In this document: positions 28,458 through 36,137 of the stretch, one piece after another
Layout of the letters: every line of letters starts with the position of its first letter
How positions within the stretch are numbered: position 1 is the stretch's first letter
Assembly: GCA_903910795.1 (NCBI GenBank)
Contig: CAIWAX010000251.1
Location: 1 to 63,913, forward strand
From: an uncultured Anaerolineae bacterium
Lineage (GTDB): Bacteria > Chloroflexota > Anaerolineae > Anaerolineales > Villigracilaceae
Direction of reading: 5' to 3'
Length of the DNA stretch: 63,913 bases
Notes under the pieces: generated by a model
Told to the model about the DNA's origin: nothing
Database searches by the model: none
Seen by the model: the letters and a program-made list of their open reading frames with translations, nothing else
Program-made: the position numbers and the translations under genes

Positions 28458-28913
28458 CTATTTTGGTGTCCACTCTCCACTTTTTACAAAACTGCCATCC
28501 TGGGCATAAATCTCATAAACCAGATCCATCGGAAAAGCTTTAGAGAGCATGGTTTGAGCCGGACAGTATTTCAGCGCCGAAAGCTCGATGGCTCGCAACA
28601 ACGCGGACTCTTCGATATTCTTCCCTGTAACTTTATAAAGGATGCGGGCATGCGTGAAAACATGAGGGTGAGTTTCGGGCTGGCTGGCCTGAACCTGAAC
28701 TTCAAAAGCGGTGACTTCCTGCTGCTTTTTACGCAGAATTGACATCACATCCATCGAAGTACAGCCCGCCAGACTGATAGCCATTAATTCCAATGGGTAA
28801 AAACCGTCATTTTGCCCACCCACAGAAGGATCTGTACCCAGGGGCACATTAAACCCTGATCCGGCTGTGCCGGTAAAACTCATTCCCTGACTCCAGGTTA
28901 CTTTGGCATCCAT
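28458..28913 (-). CDS. OsmC/Ohr-family peroxiredoxin-like protein
   Basis: 'LAGCTSMDVMSIL' and 'ALKYCPA' are the two conserved Cys contexts of OsmC. Confidence 0.85.
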   Translation of the reverse strand: MDAKVTWSQGMSFTGTAGSGFNVPLGTDPSVGGQNDGFYPLELMAISLAGCTSMDVMSILRKKQQEVTAFEVQVQASQPETHPHVFTHARILYKVTGKNIEESALLRAIELSALKYCPAQTMLSKAFPMDLVYEIYAQDGSFVKSGEWTPK

Positions 28914-29003
28914 GTATTTTCCTGTTTACAAAATGAAAGTACATCCAAGAAGGTGAGCTTGAACCCTTCACGGTCACAAAACCGCACATAGCCCTGCAAT
29001 ATA

Positions 29004-29603
29004 TTACGGCTGGTTGATGATGGGTGTGACATATTTTTCAAGATTTTCCTGGCTGATTGGGCCAGTCCAGGTTAAGATCACCTGGCCTTTTCGGTTAATC
29101 AAAAATGAAGTCGGGAGCACCTGTGACTTAAAAGCTGTGGTTGCCACCCAGTTAGGGTCTGGCCAAACCGGAAAAGTAAGGCCGTTGGCTTTGACATAAT
29201 CAGCCACTTCCGAGCGGGGCTCGCCATCTTCAATGGCTACAACTGCAAATCCATCCTGGCGATGCGCCTGGTAATAAGCGTTCAAAGTGGGCATTTCTTC
29301 TTTGCAGGGTGGGCACCAGGTTGCCCAGGCGTTATACAAAACAACCTGACCTTGAAAATTCGACAAAGCCACAGGTTGATTATCCAAGTCGGTCAGCCTG
29401 ACATCCGGCGCCGGAAAATCAACCGCGATGGGCATGGCGGAGTTTGTAACCTGCTGTATTTCTGTTTGCGCCTTTGGAATAGAAAGAAATGCAGCAATCG
29501 CCACAAGGATCAATCCGGCGCCAATCACCAGAAGAATCATGCTTTGGGGTTTATTTCTGGAATTTCGCCCACCGCCGCGCGAGGGGAGTTTTTCTTCGGT
29601 CAT
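29004..29603 (-). CDS. TlpA/ResA-like membrane-anchored thiol:disulfide oxidoreductase
   Basis: N-terminal TM helix and a thioredoxin fold with 'WATWCPPCKEEMP'. Confidence 0.85.
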   Translation of the reverse strand: MTEEKLPSRGGGRNSRNKPQSMILLVIGAGLILVAIAAFLSIPKAQTEIQQVTNSAMPIAVDFPAPDVRLTDLDNQPVALSNFQGQVVLYNAWATWCPPCKEEMPTLNAYYQAHRQDGFAVVAIEDGEPRSEVADYVKANGLTFPVWPDPNWVATTAFKSQVLPTSFLINRKGQVILTWTGPISQENLEKYVTPIINQP

Positions 29604-29609
29604 GTTTTT

Positions 29610-30329
29610 TTACTTTACTCCGGTACGCATCAATTCAGCCAGGAAGTTTTGTTCAGGATATGCGCCTACTACACGTCCAACACCCTCATTGATTACCGTA
29701 TCGGGAACAGAACTGATGCCGTATTTTTCAGAAATTTCGTTGAAATCCATCGCGCCAACGCCTTCTGCCAGTACCATGGCGGGGTTTTCCATAGCAATTC
29801 GGTGCGCAAGCAGCACGGCTTGCGGGCAATATGGTCAGGTGGGAGTTACAAAGACTTCCAAATGCAACGGTTTCGCCAGACCCTTTATATACTTGCGGGT
29901 TTGAGGGGAAAGACCGGAATCGCGCCCAGATACCAGCAGAAGATCATTAATCAATGTTGCGAATTCATGTCCAGCCGGTATTCCCAGAATGCGGATGCCA
30001 TAATCTGTCACCTGGTTTGATTCTTTACCGAACTTAAGGGTACTTTCCATGGCAGCGATCACGATGGCAGGCGCCTTGTCCTGTACCTTATAAAGACTGG
30101 CCAGGTCTGCATGCTCTCCAATGTCAAAAACTGATAAAGACAACAAATCTGAAAGCTCAACCACTTCTTCGAGTAGCTGCTGAGTTGGTTCGCAAGTTTC
30201 CTGTTTATCTTTGGAAGTGAACAATAAAACCTGCACAGGGTTGGTTAGTTTTCCAAACAACTGACCTACCTGGGCAATCAAATCATCTGTCAGAAATTTT
30301 TCCATATTTTTTCCTTTTGATGTATTCAT
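29610..30329 (-). CDS. Two-domain thioredoxin-fold (glutaredoxin-like / PDO-like) protein with in-frame TGA at the redox motif: candidate selenoprotein (U-P-Y-C)
   Basis: ORFs 29835-30329 and 29610-29816 are in the same frame, separated only by TGA (29835-29837). The read-through gives '...HLEVFVTPT-U-PYCPQAVLLAHRIAMENP...'. The TGA therefore sits exactly where the first Cys of the CPYC motif is expected. A 7-bp hairpin begins 11 nt downstream. Confidence 0.6.
29805..29824 (-). promoter_or_regulatory. SECIS-like hairpin downstream of the in-frame UGA
   Basis: mRNA reads UGA-CCAUAUUGCC-[CGCAAGC-CGUGCU-GCUUGCG]. The stem is 7 bp and perfect. The 6-nt apical loop contains GU, with its G at +19 from the UGA. 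Confidence 0.45.
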
Positions 30330-30362
30330 TATGTCATCCAGACCTGGATGGTTAATTATTTA

Positions 30363-30584
30363 TCAAGTACAGCCAGCCCCAGACCCTTCGCTGTAACCGC
30401 ATGCTGGACATTCCAGATCCAGCAGCCCATTGTAATCCAACCTGCCAACCTCACAACGAGGACAGGCTTCCCCACGCCGTACAGGCGCGCGCCCGTGTTT
30501 CACATCTTCCAAATCACTCGATACCGAACTTATGGGTACTTTCCATTGCGTCAAAACCAATGAAGTCCTGGTAATTTGCTCCAT
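30363..30584 (-). CDS. Possible small zinc-ribbon protein (start uncertain)
   Basis: The C-terminal half has 'CPRCEVGRLDYNGLLDLECPACG' (CxxC...CxxC). The N-terminal 25 aa of the ORF-track model are a translation of the 24-nt dispersed repeat. A shorter product from an internal TTG/GTG is therefore more likely, if the gene is real. Confidence 0.3.
   Translation of the reverse strand: MEQITRTSLVLTQWKVPISSVSSDLEDVKHGRAPVRRGEACPRCEVGRLDYNGLLDLECPACGYSEGSGAGCT
30523..30546 (-). repeat. Dispersed 24-nt motif, copy 2 (ATGGAAAGTACCCATAAGTTCGGT)
   Basis: 23/24 identical to copy 1. Minus orientation, upstream of the minus-strand candidate selenoprotein gene. Confidence 0.8.
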
Positions 30585-30595
30585 TCAAAATCATC

Positions 30596-30874
30596 TCAAC
30601 TTTCATGTGCCCTGCGGGTGGGCTTTATTAAATCATCAAGTTTTAGAGTATTGAACAATCGACCTCGCACATCTTCCGGCAACGCCGTTTCATTCGCAAC
30701 AGTCTGATACAGATAAATCGTACGGGTGGTGGTATCAAATACCAACCGGCAGTTTTCACAACCGGACATATGACTGCGAAGTTTTTCGCAAGTTTCATCG
30801 TCAAGTCCGCCATCAATAAATTCTGAAAGGTTCCCCAATAAATCCCTGCACTCCAAACCATGTTCGTGAATCAT
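30596..30874 (-). CDS. Anti-sigma factor, zf-HC2 (ZAS) type
   Basis: 'HGLECRDLLGNLSEFIDGGL...SHMSGCENCR' gives an H-x3-C-x2-C-type zinc motif. The start overlaps the stop of the sigma-factor gene (ATGA). Confidence 0.75.
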   Translation of the reverse strand: MIHEHGLECRDLLGNLSEFIDGGLDDETCEKLRSHMSGCENCRLVFDTTTRTIYLYQTVANETALPEDVRGRLFNTLKLDDLIKPTRRAHES

Positions 30875-31494
30875 TTTTTATTCTCCTGGCGCAATCTCTC
30901 GCCAAAATACGCCGATAACTTCTCACGCAATTGCAGCCGGGCACGTAAAAGACGGGTCTTAACCGCTGTTTCTGTCAAACCAAGCGCTTCACCAGTGTCT
31001 CGAATAGATAACCCTTCGATATCACGCATTAGAAAGACGGCACGCAGCCTGACAGGCAAACTTCGAATGGCCTTTTCAAGCTGGGTGCGAGCTTCAACAT
31101 CCAACAAATCGCCTTCAGGTAATTTGGTCCAATCTGCCAGTTCATGCGGTTGAAAAGAATCACCTTCATCATCTGATTTTTCCTCATCGAGGGAAACCGA
31201 GGCATCTTTGCGCCGCATCAACATCAAAGCTTCGTTGGTGGCAACCCTGTAAAGCCAGGTGGACAGGCTTGAACGCCCTTCAAATTCGCCGAGATGCTGG
31301 AAGGCTTTAACGAATGTAATTTGCAGCACATCCTCCGCATCCTGCTGATTGCCCAACATTTGAAGTGCCAACCGGTAAATGGATACGGAAAATGATTCCA
31401 CCAGCCGGGCAAATTCTACGCGATCGCCGGCTCGCAATAATTCAAGAGAAAATTCAGCAACTGTTTCCATTAATTTAGATGTTCGACCATTCAA
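30871..31494 (-). CDS. ECF (sigma-70 group 4) RNA polymerase sigma factor
   Basis: Region 2 'DAEDVLQITFVKAFQHL...STWLYRVATNEALM'. Region 4 'RAVFLMRDIEGLSIRDTGEALGLTETAVKTRLLRARLQLR'. Confidence 0.9.
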   Translation of the reverse strand: MNGRTSKLMETVAEFSLELLRAGDRVEFARLVESFSVSIYRLALQMLGNQQDAEDVLQITFVKAFQHLGEFEGRSSLSTWLYRVATNEALMLMRRKDASVSLDEEKSDDEGDSFQPHELADWTKLPEGDLLDVEARTQLEKAIRSLPVRLRAVFLMRDIEGLSIRDTGEALGLTETAVKTRLLRARLQLREKLSAYFGERLRQENKK

Positions 31495-31645
31495 AATGTT
31501 TCATTTCAGAGATAAGTTCCAACAGTATAACTGATATGCACATACGCAGTACTACAAATGTCATAATTAATAAGAATTTTTATCAAGCATTTTCATGAAG
31601 TTTGCCACTATATGCAGCAGCCCGGGACGTTATATCATCTAGACA

Positions 31646-32380
31646 ATGCTTGAAAAATTAACCCGCTTCCCGTTATTTCTTGACCTTAGCACCGCAGATC
31701 TGAAAATTATTGCGCCGCTGTTTCATGTTCGCACGTTTAATCAGGGCTCTGTGATTATCGAGCAAGGCGAGAAAGCTACCTGTTTGTATCTTCTAACCAT
31801 TGGCCAGGTGGAAATTCGGTATAAACCGTACGATGGTGAAAAAATCAAGTTAAACAACCTTTTTTCCGGCAGCGTTTTTGGTTGGTCTTCGGTGCTTGGC
31901 AATAACATATACAGTTCATCTGTGATCTGCACAAACGATTGCGAGGTATTGATGATTCGCGGGGATGATTTGCGTCTGCTGCGCGAAAACCATCCTCAGA
32001 CTGGCCAATTGGTCATGGATCGATTGGCGCGCTCGGTTTCAAAACGATGGACCAAGGCGCAAAGTCAAGTGAAATCTATGCTCCATAAGGGTGTTGTTGA
32101 AAATATTTCCCCATTAGGGAAAGGGACAGAGATAATGAATACACCAGTTACCAGCCCCAAAGAAGAACAATTGAAAGTATTGTTGAGCCAACTGAGCGCG
32201 TATATTGAGCAGTTTCATGGCGGCTCAGTTGATTTTGTAGCCTTCGACGGAGAAACTTTGACCGTGCACCTGGGAGGCGCCTGCCTGGGCTGCCCGCTTT
32301 CACCCTCTACGCTGCATGGCTGGGTGGAAGGCACAGTCAAACAGTTTTTCCCTGAAATCAAGCATGTTCAGGCTGACTAA
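31646..32380 (+). CDS. Cyclic-nucleotide-binding domain fused to a NifU/Nfu-like C-terminal domain
   Basis: N-terminal cNMP-binding beta-barrel ('FNQGSVIIEQGEKATCLYLLTIGQVEI...GSVFGWSS'). C-terminal 'LTVHLGGACLGCPLSPSTLHGWVEGTVKQFFPEI' (Nfu CxxC). No HTH is visible. Confidence 0.7.
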   Translation: MLEKLTRFPLFLDLSTADLKIIAPLFHVRTFNQGSVIIEQGEKATCLYLLTIGQVEIRYKPYDGEKIKLNNLFSGSVFGWSSVLGNNIYSSSVICTNDCEVLMIRGDDLRLLRENHPQTGQLVMDRLARSVSKRWTKAQSQVKSMLHKGVVENISPLGKGTEIMNTPVTSPKEEQLKVLLSQLSAYIEQFHGGSVDFVAFDGETLTVHLGGACLGCPLSPSTLHGWVEGTVKQFFPEIKHVQAD

Positions 32381-32425
32381 ACAGCCAGAAATAGGTTTTG
32401 GCAATAAAACAGTTCGATAAAAAAC

Positions 32426-33307
32426 TCATTCGGGCGGCTGAATGAGTTCGGCTGAAACAAAATATTCACCCGGAAGGCCAGTGAAGGAAATCTCCGGTAT
32501 GATCTGTTTTATATCTACGAGATGGTTGAGAGTTCGTTGAGTTATTTCAGGGCTCCACGAAAATAGTTTTTGAACATCCCGGACTTGAGCTGCCCCAACT
32601 GAACGAATATATAAACCCGCAAGCTTCATGCGCGCCTCAGCCTCCCCCAACAGGCGCGCTTTCTCTGGAAGGTCAGGAAAATGATGTGGCACCAAATCAT
32701 AAATGAAAGCGTAATTCCACGCGCCTGCTTCAGCAATTCCAACTGGCAAGATTTTCATATCCATTTGTAGAATTTCCATCGCCCGATTAAATTCAGAATT
32801 ACTTTGCTTGCTGGTCAGGCGCGCTGCCTTGCGAAGATCAATCGTATTGAGGGAGCCCTCTTTTAACAAAGCTTCGTAAACCAGTTTAGCCGCCAGGGTT
32901 AATCGTCCCTGCTCGTACATGATCAAATGATCATCTTCGGGGGAACCATAATTTTCTGTCAAAGCATAAAAATAAGGAGCAATCTCCAGGGAAATGAGCG
33001 TGGCTTTTCGGCGCAACAGCTTGGAGTAATACCAGATACGTTTTCCGAGCGCTCCATCCTTCCACCCCCAGGTGATATGACCGGGATCATCATGCCCATC
33101 CGCAACAGGCCGGTCGCCAGCAACTGTCACCCACAAACTTGGAAAGGTGATCCCTTTGATTGGCCAAAAGTACACAAAACCGCGCTGGTTAACCCAATTT
33201 AGAGCCTGGTTAATGTTTTGAATACGGGGGGCAGGCAGCAGATGAAATGTTCGGGCTTGATAAGCATCCAGAATTTCCTTTGGAAGCTGAAGTGCGGAGA
33301 GTGGCAT
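32426..33307 (-). CDS. Hypothetical protein (no family assigned)
   Basis: 293-aa ORF with good coding appearance and 'aaggaa' 6 nt before the ATG. I could not confidently assign a family. Confidence 0.5.
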   Translation of the reverse strand: MPLSALQLPKEILDAYQARTFHLLPAPRIQNINQALNWVNQRGFVYFWPIKGITFPSLWVTVAGDRPVADGHDDPGHITWGWKDGALGKRIWYYSKLLRRKATLISLEIAPYFYALTENYGSPEDDHLIMYEQGRLTLAAKLVYEALLKEGSLNTIDLRKAARLTSKQSNSEFNRAMEILQMDMKILPVGIAEAGAWNYAFIYDLVPHHFPDLPEKARLLGEAEARMKLAGLYIRSVGAAQVRDVQKLFSWSPEITQRTLNHLVDIKQIIPEISFTGLPGEYFVSAELIQPPE

Positions 33308-33318
33308 ATTTATTCCTT

Positions 33319-33342
33319 ACTGAACTTATGGGCATTTTCCAT
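33319..33342 (-). repeat. Dispersed 24-nt motif, copy 3 (ATGGAAAATGCCCATAAGTTCAGT)
   Basis: Ends 11 nt upstream of the ATG at 33307 and is co-oriented with it. Confidence 0.8.
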
Positions 33343-33429
33343 TCCGATGGATTGCCCTTTTGTCTTCGGCTGGAATATTTACGCCTGACAAACCGCGATC
33401 GCCAAACCTGGGCATACGCTTCCAGCTAT

Positions 33430-33699
33430 TTATAATGAACGGTAATTCATCAGCAGCCAGAAAACGCTCACCAACACCCAGCCTATCAGCAAAATTCCCA
33501 TCAAATAAAGAAAACGAAGGCGAACCCCCTGCAAATATCTACGCCACCAGCTTCGGGCAGCTTTTTTGGAATCAGCCCGGGAGGCCTGGCGAAGAAAGGA
33601 TACACCCGCAAAACCTGAAACCAACCAGACAAATATGAGAATAATGAGTTTCCAAGATTCTAATTTCATGCTGCCTATTTTATCAGGTGTTTTTCCCAA
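33430..33699 (-). CDS. Small membrane protein (hypothetical)
   Basis: Two predicted TM helices ('LIILIFVWLVSGFAGV', 'LMGILLIGWVLVSVFWLL'). The start is either TTG at 33699 or ATG at 33669. Confidence 0.4.
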   Translation of the reverse strand: MGKTPDKIGSMKLESWKLIILIFVWLVSGFAGVSFLRQASRADSKKAARSWWRRYLQGVRLRFLYLMGILLIGWVLVSVFWLLMNYRSL

Positions 33700-33709
33700 A
33701 AGAGTTCAT

Positions 33710-33733
33710 ACTGAACTTATGGGTATTTTCCAT
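33710..33733 (-). repeat. Dispersed 24-nt motif, copy 4 (ATGGAAAATACCCATAAGTTCAGT)
   Basis: Immediately upstream of the small membrane-protein ORF and co-oriented with it. Confidence 0.8.
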
Positions 33734-33862
33734 TCCGTGAGAAATAAAAATAAACTAAGTTAAATGTAAAGCCCAACAAAAAAATACACAGCCGGGGTAG
33801 AATTGTGTATAATATTGACACTTATTATCATGAATAAAGTCCAAATATCCACCAAAATCAAT

Positions 33863-33886
33863 ACTGAACTGATGGGTACTTTCCAT
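33863..33886 (-). repeat. Dispersed 24-nt motif, copy 5 (ATGGAAAGTACCCATCAGTTCAGT)
   Basis: In the divergent intergenic region, 129 nt upstream (minus sense) of copy 4. Confidence 0.8.
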
Positions 33887-33943
33887 AAATTTTTCACAGC
33901 CAATTCCTCTATACTTTAATACCTCATTCTACAAGGAGATACT

Positions 33944-34927
33944 ATGGCGGCGGCTTTTGTGGTTGGAATACTGGTTGGGCTCATTGCCTGGTTTGTGTTA
34001 CGTTATATCCTGACTTCATTCTACACAGTCAATCAGAATGAAAGAGCAATAAAAACAATCTTTGGAAGGGCCGAGCGGGTCGGGAGCGCCATGACCGCCG
34101 ATACACCCATTGGCGAAGCCCTGACTCCGGAAGATAAGGAACGCTACAATTATCCGCAGGTGCGGGTTATTCAGCCCGGCGGTCCCTATTTTAAATGGCC
34201 CTGGGAAAAAGTCTACAAAGTTTCCATTGCAACACAGACCATTAATATGGCGCAGGATCCTGACGACCCGCGCGCAAATTCGAACGGCACCCTTCTGGAA
34301 GCTGTAACAAAAGATCAATTAAACACCGGTCTGACCGGCCAGATTCGCTACAGGGTGGCTGAAAGCAACCTGTATGCCTACCTGTTTGGAGTTAAGCGGC
34401 CCATTTTGCACGTAATGGGCTATTTTGTCTCAGTTCTGCGCGAACGCATTGCCAGCTTTGAAGCTCCCAAACCAGCGGCTGAGCGCGGTGAGGATATGAG
34501 TGTCGTGACGGGTGTTTCAATCAACGATTTGCGAAAAAATCTGCGCGACTTAAATGAACACATGGAAAGAGAGTGCGCCTCGTCCGCTGCGCGCTACGGT
34601 ATCATCCTGGATGCATCTCTGATCACTGGTATCGATCCGCCGCCTGATGTTGAATCTGCCCTGGCCGCCATCAACACAGCTCATAACCAGATTTCATCTG
34701 ACATCAGCCTGGCCCAGGCATCTGCCGATCAAAAAATAGTCCAATCCAAACGAGCGGTTGAAATTGAAACGCTGAATGCCCAGGCAGAAGTTGAACCATT
34801 GACGGCTCTGGCCGACCAGCTTTACGAACTGCGAAAAACTGGCCCGGATGTCATGCAGGCCTATTTACGCAATGTACGTCTGAAACTATACATCCAGGCT
34901 CAACAAATCATACGGGAGGTGCGCTAA
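33944..34927 (+). CDS. SPFH/Band-7 (stomatin/prohibitin-like) domain protein
   Basis: N-terminal TM helix, then 'YTVNQNERAIKTIFGR' and a coiled-coil tail 'AQASADQKIVQSKRAVEIETLNAQAE'. Confidence 0.8.
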   Translation: MAAAFVVGILVGLIAWFVLRYILTSFYTVNQNERAIKTIFGRAERVGSAMTADTPIGEALTPEDKERYNYPQVRVIQPGGPYFKWPWEKVYKVSIATQTINMAQDPDDPRANSNGTLLEAVTKDQLNTGLTGQIRYRVAESNLYAYLFGVKRPILHVMGYFVSVLRERIASFEAPKPAAERGEDMSVVTGVSINDLRKNLRDLNEHMERECASSAARYGIILDASLITGIDPPPDVESALAAINTAHNQISSDISLAQASADQKIVQSKRAVEIETLNAQAEVEPLTALADQLYELRKTGPDVMQAYLRNVRLKLYIQAQQIIREVR

Positions 34928-35829
34928 TGGATACAATCTACGGCTTCCTGGGAGGCGTTGCGCTTTCCTTCTTCGGGATGTTGTTTGCAGTTCCGATTGG
35001 GCTTTTTTTCATTCGTTTGCTTGGTTTTTACACCATTGTCGATGAAGGTACCTGCCAGGTATTTGTACTCTTCGGCAAAGTGATCGGTATTTTAGATGAT
35101 CCCGGATTACATATCCTGCCGCTGCGATTAGGTATCAATGCTTTCCTGGTTAACTGGCTTGGCAGCCGCCGCGTTCTCGATATGCGCCTGGATCAACAGT
35201 ACTTACGTAGTAACCCGGTTAACTCCGAAGAGGGCGCTCCGATGGGAGTTGGCATCTGGTATGAGATGTATATCAGCGATCCGGTCTCCTATCTTTTCAA
35301 AAACGCAGATCCGCGCGGCTCGCTGGGAGCCAATGTCAGTAACGCAGTGGTCCGCTCGCTCAGCAACTTGCCCCTTGATCAGATGCTTGTCAACCGTCAC
35401 TCAATGAGTAAAACGGTGCGCGAAGAAGTTTCGCCACGTTCTCACGAATGGGGCTACAAATTGGGCTCGGTTTATATCCGCAAAGTGCACTTCCGCGATG
35501 CCGCCATGATCCAACAAATTGCGGCCAAGGTTGTAAATCGCCTGCGCCAGGTCACTTCTGCCATCAAACAGGATGGAGCCAACCAGGTAAACATCATTAC
35601 AAGCACTGCAGACCGCCAGGCAGCCATTGAATTTGCCAAAGCTGGCGCAATCCGGCCCAAAATCGTTGGTCAGGCCATGGCTGCAATTACCGCTGACCAC
35701 GAAGTAGCTGACGCCGTTTTTGAAATTTTGGAAACACAGAAAATTCTGGACAGTAAGGGTCAACTGACGCTTATCCCGGCAAACAACAAGTTGCTAAGCC
35801 AGTTGCTTGTCGCAGGCAAAAAATCCTGA
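34927..35829 (+). CDS. SPFH/Band-7 domain protein (second copy)
   Basis: TM helix, then 'YTIVDEGTCQVFVLFGKV' and 'WGYKLGSVYIRKVHF'. The start overlaps the previous stop (TAATG). Confidence 0.8.
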   Translation: MDTIYGFLGGVALSFFGMLFAVPIGLFFIRLLGFYTIVDEGTCQVFVLFGKVIGILDDPGLHILPLRLGINAFLVNWLGSRRVLDMRLDQQYLRSNPVNSEEGAPMGVGIWYEMYISDPVSYLFKNADPRGSLGANVSNAVVRSLSNLPLDQMLVNRHSMSKTVREEVSPRSHEWGYKLGSVYIRKVHFRDAAMIQQIAAKVVNRLRQVTSAIKQDGANQVNIITSTADRQAAIEFAKAGAIRPKIVGQAMAAITADHEVADAVFEILETQKILDSKGQLTLIPANNKLLSQLLVAGKKS

Positions 35830-35954
35830 GCGAATAGAATAGTATTGATCGAAAACAAAAATATTTATTGTCTTGCTTTTACACCCATTAGTACTAACAC
35901 TTAACAATTTTGTAAGGTTGATGATAAGTAGGGGTATTTGTGGTAATATATAAG

Positions 35955-36050
35955 TGAAGTTCGAAACGAAAAGGCAAAGCTGATTAAAGTCAGCGACGCA
36001 AAGCCACGGGTCTAAAACCGAGAAATCGGTCATGATCGCCAGGCCGCCGA
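35955..36050 (+). ncRNA. Probable c-di-GMP-I (GEMM-I) riboswitch
   Basis: Sequence '...AAAGGCAAAGCUGAUUAAAGUCAGCGACGCAAAGCCACGGGUCUAAAACCGAGAAAUCGG...' carries the conserved GGCAAA - hairpin - GACGCAAAGCC - xCGGxxCUAAA blocks as I recall them from the Vc2-type aptamer. A possible extended -10 'TGgTAATAT' lies at 35941-35949. The boundaries are approximate. Confidence 0.6.
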
Positions 36051-36077
36051 AAACGAGACATTTTTTTTATGTCTTGT

Positions 36078-36109
36078 AGGCCTGGCTTAAAATAAGCCAG
36101 GCCTATTTT
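36078..36109 (+). terminator. Intrinsic terminator (likely the riboswitch expression platform)
   Basis: AGGCCTGGCTTA-aaa-TAAGCCAGGCCT is a 12-bp perfect stem followed by ATTTT. It lies between the aptamer and the ATG at 36138. Confidence 0.65.
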
Positions 36110-36137
36110 GCTTAAAAAATGCACTTTGGAGAAAGCC

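Noticed and set aside
29610-30329. Interpreting the split thioredoxin-fold gene as a pseudogene or as two separate genes.
   Set aside because: I did not fully exclude this. It is less likely, because the only interruption is a TGA exactly at the first redox-Cys position, both halves are otherwise intact, and a hairpin follows at SECIS-like spacing. The downstream half would also need a GTG start inside the active-site helix.
33760-33831. 23-codon hydrophobic mini-ORF (MIISVNIIHNSTPAVYFFVGLYI) downstream of motif copy 5.
   Set aside because: It lies in AT-rich divergent promoter DNA where such ORFs arise by chance. It has no SD and no support beyond proximity to the motif.
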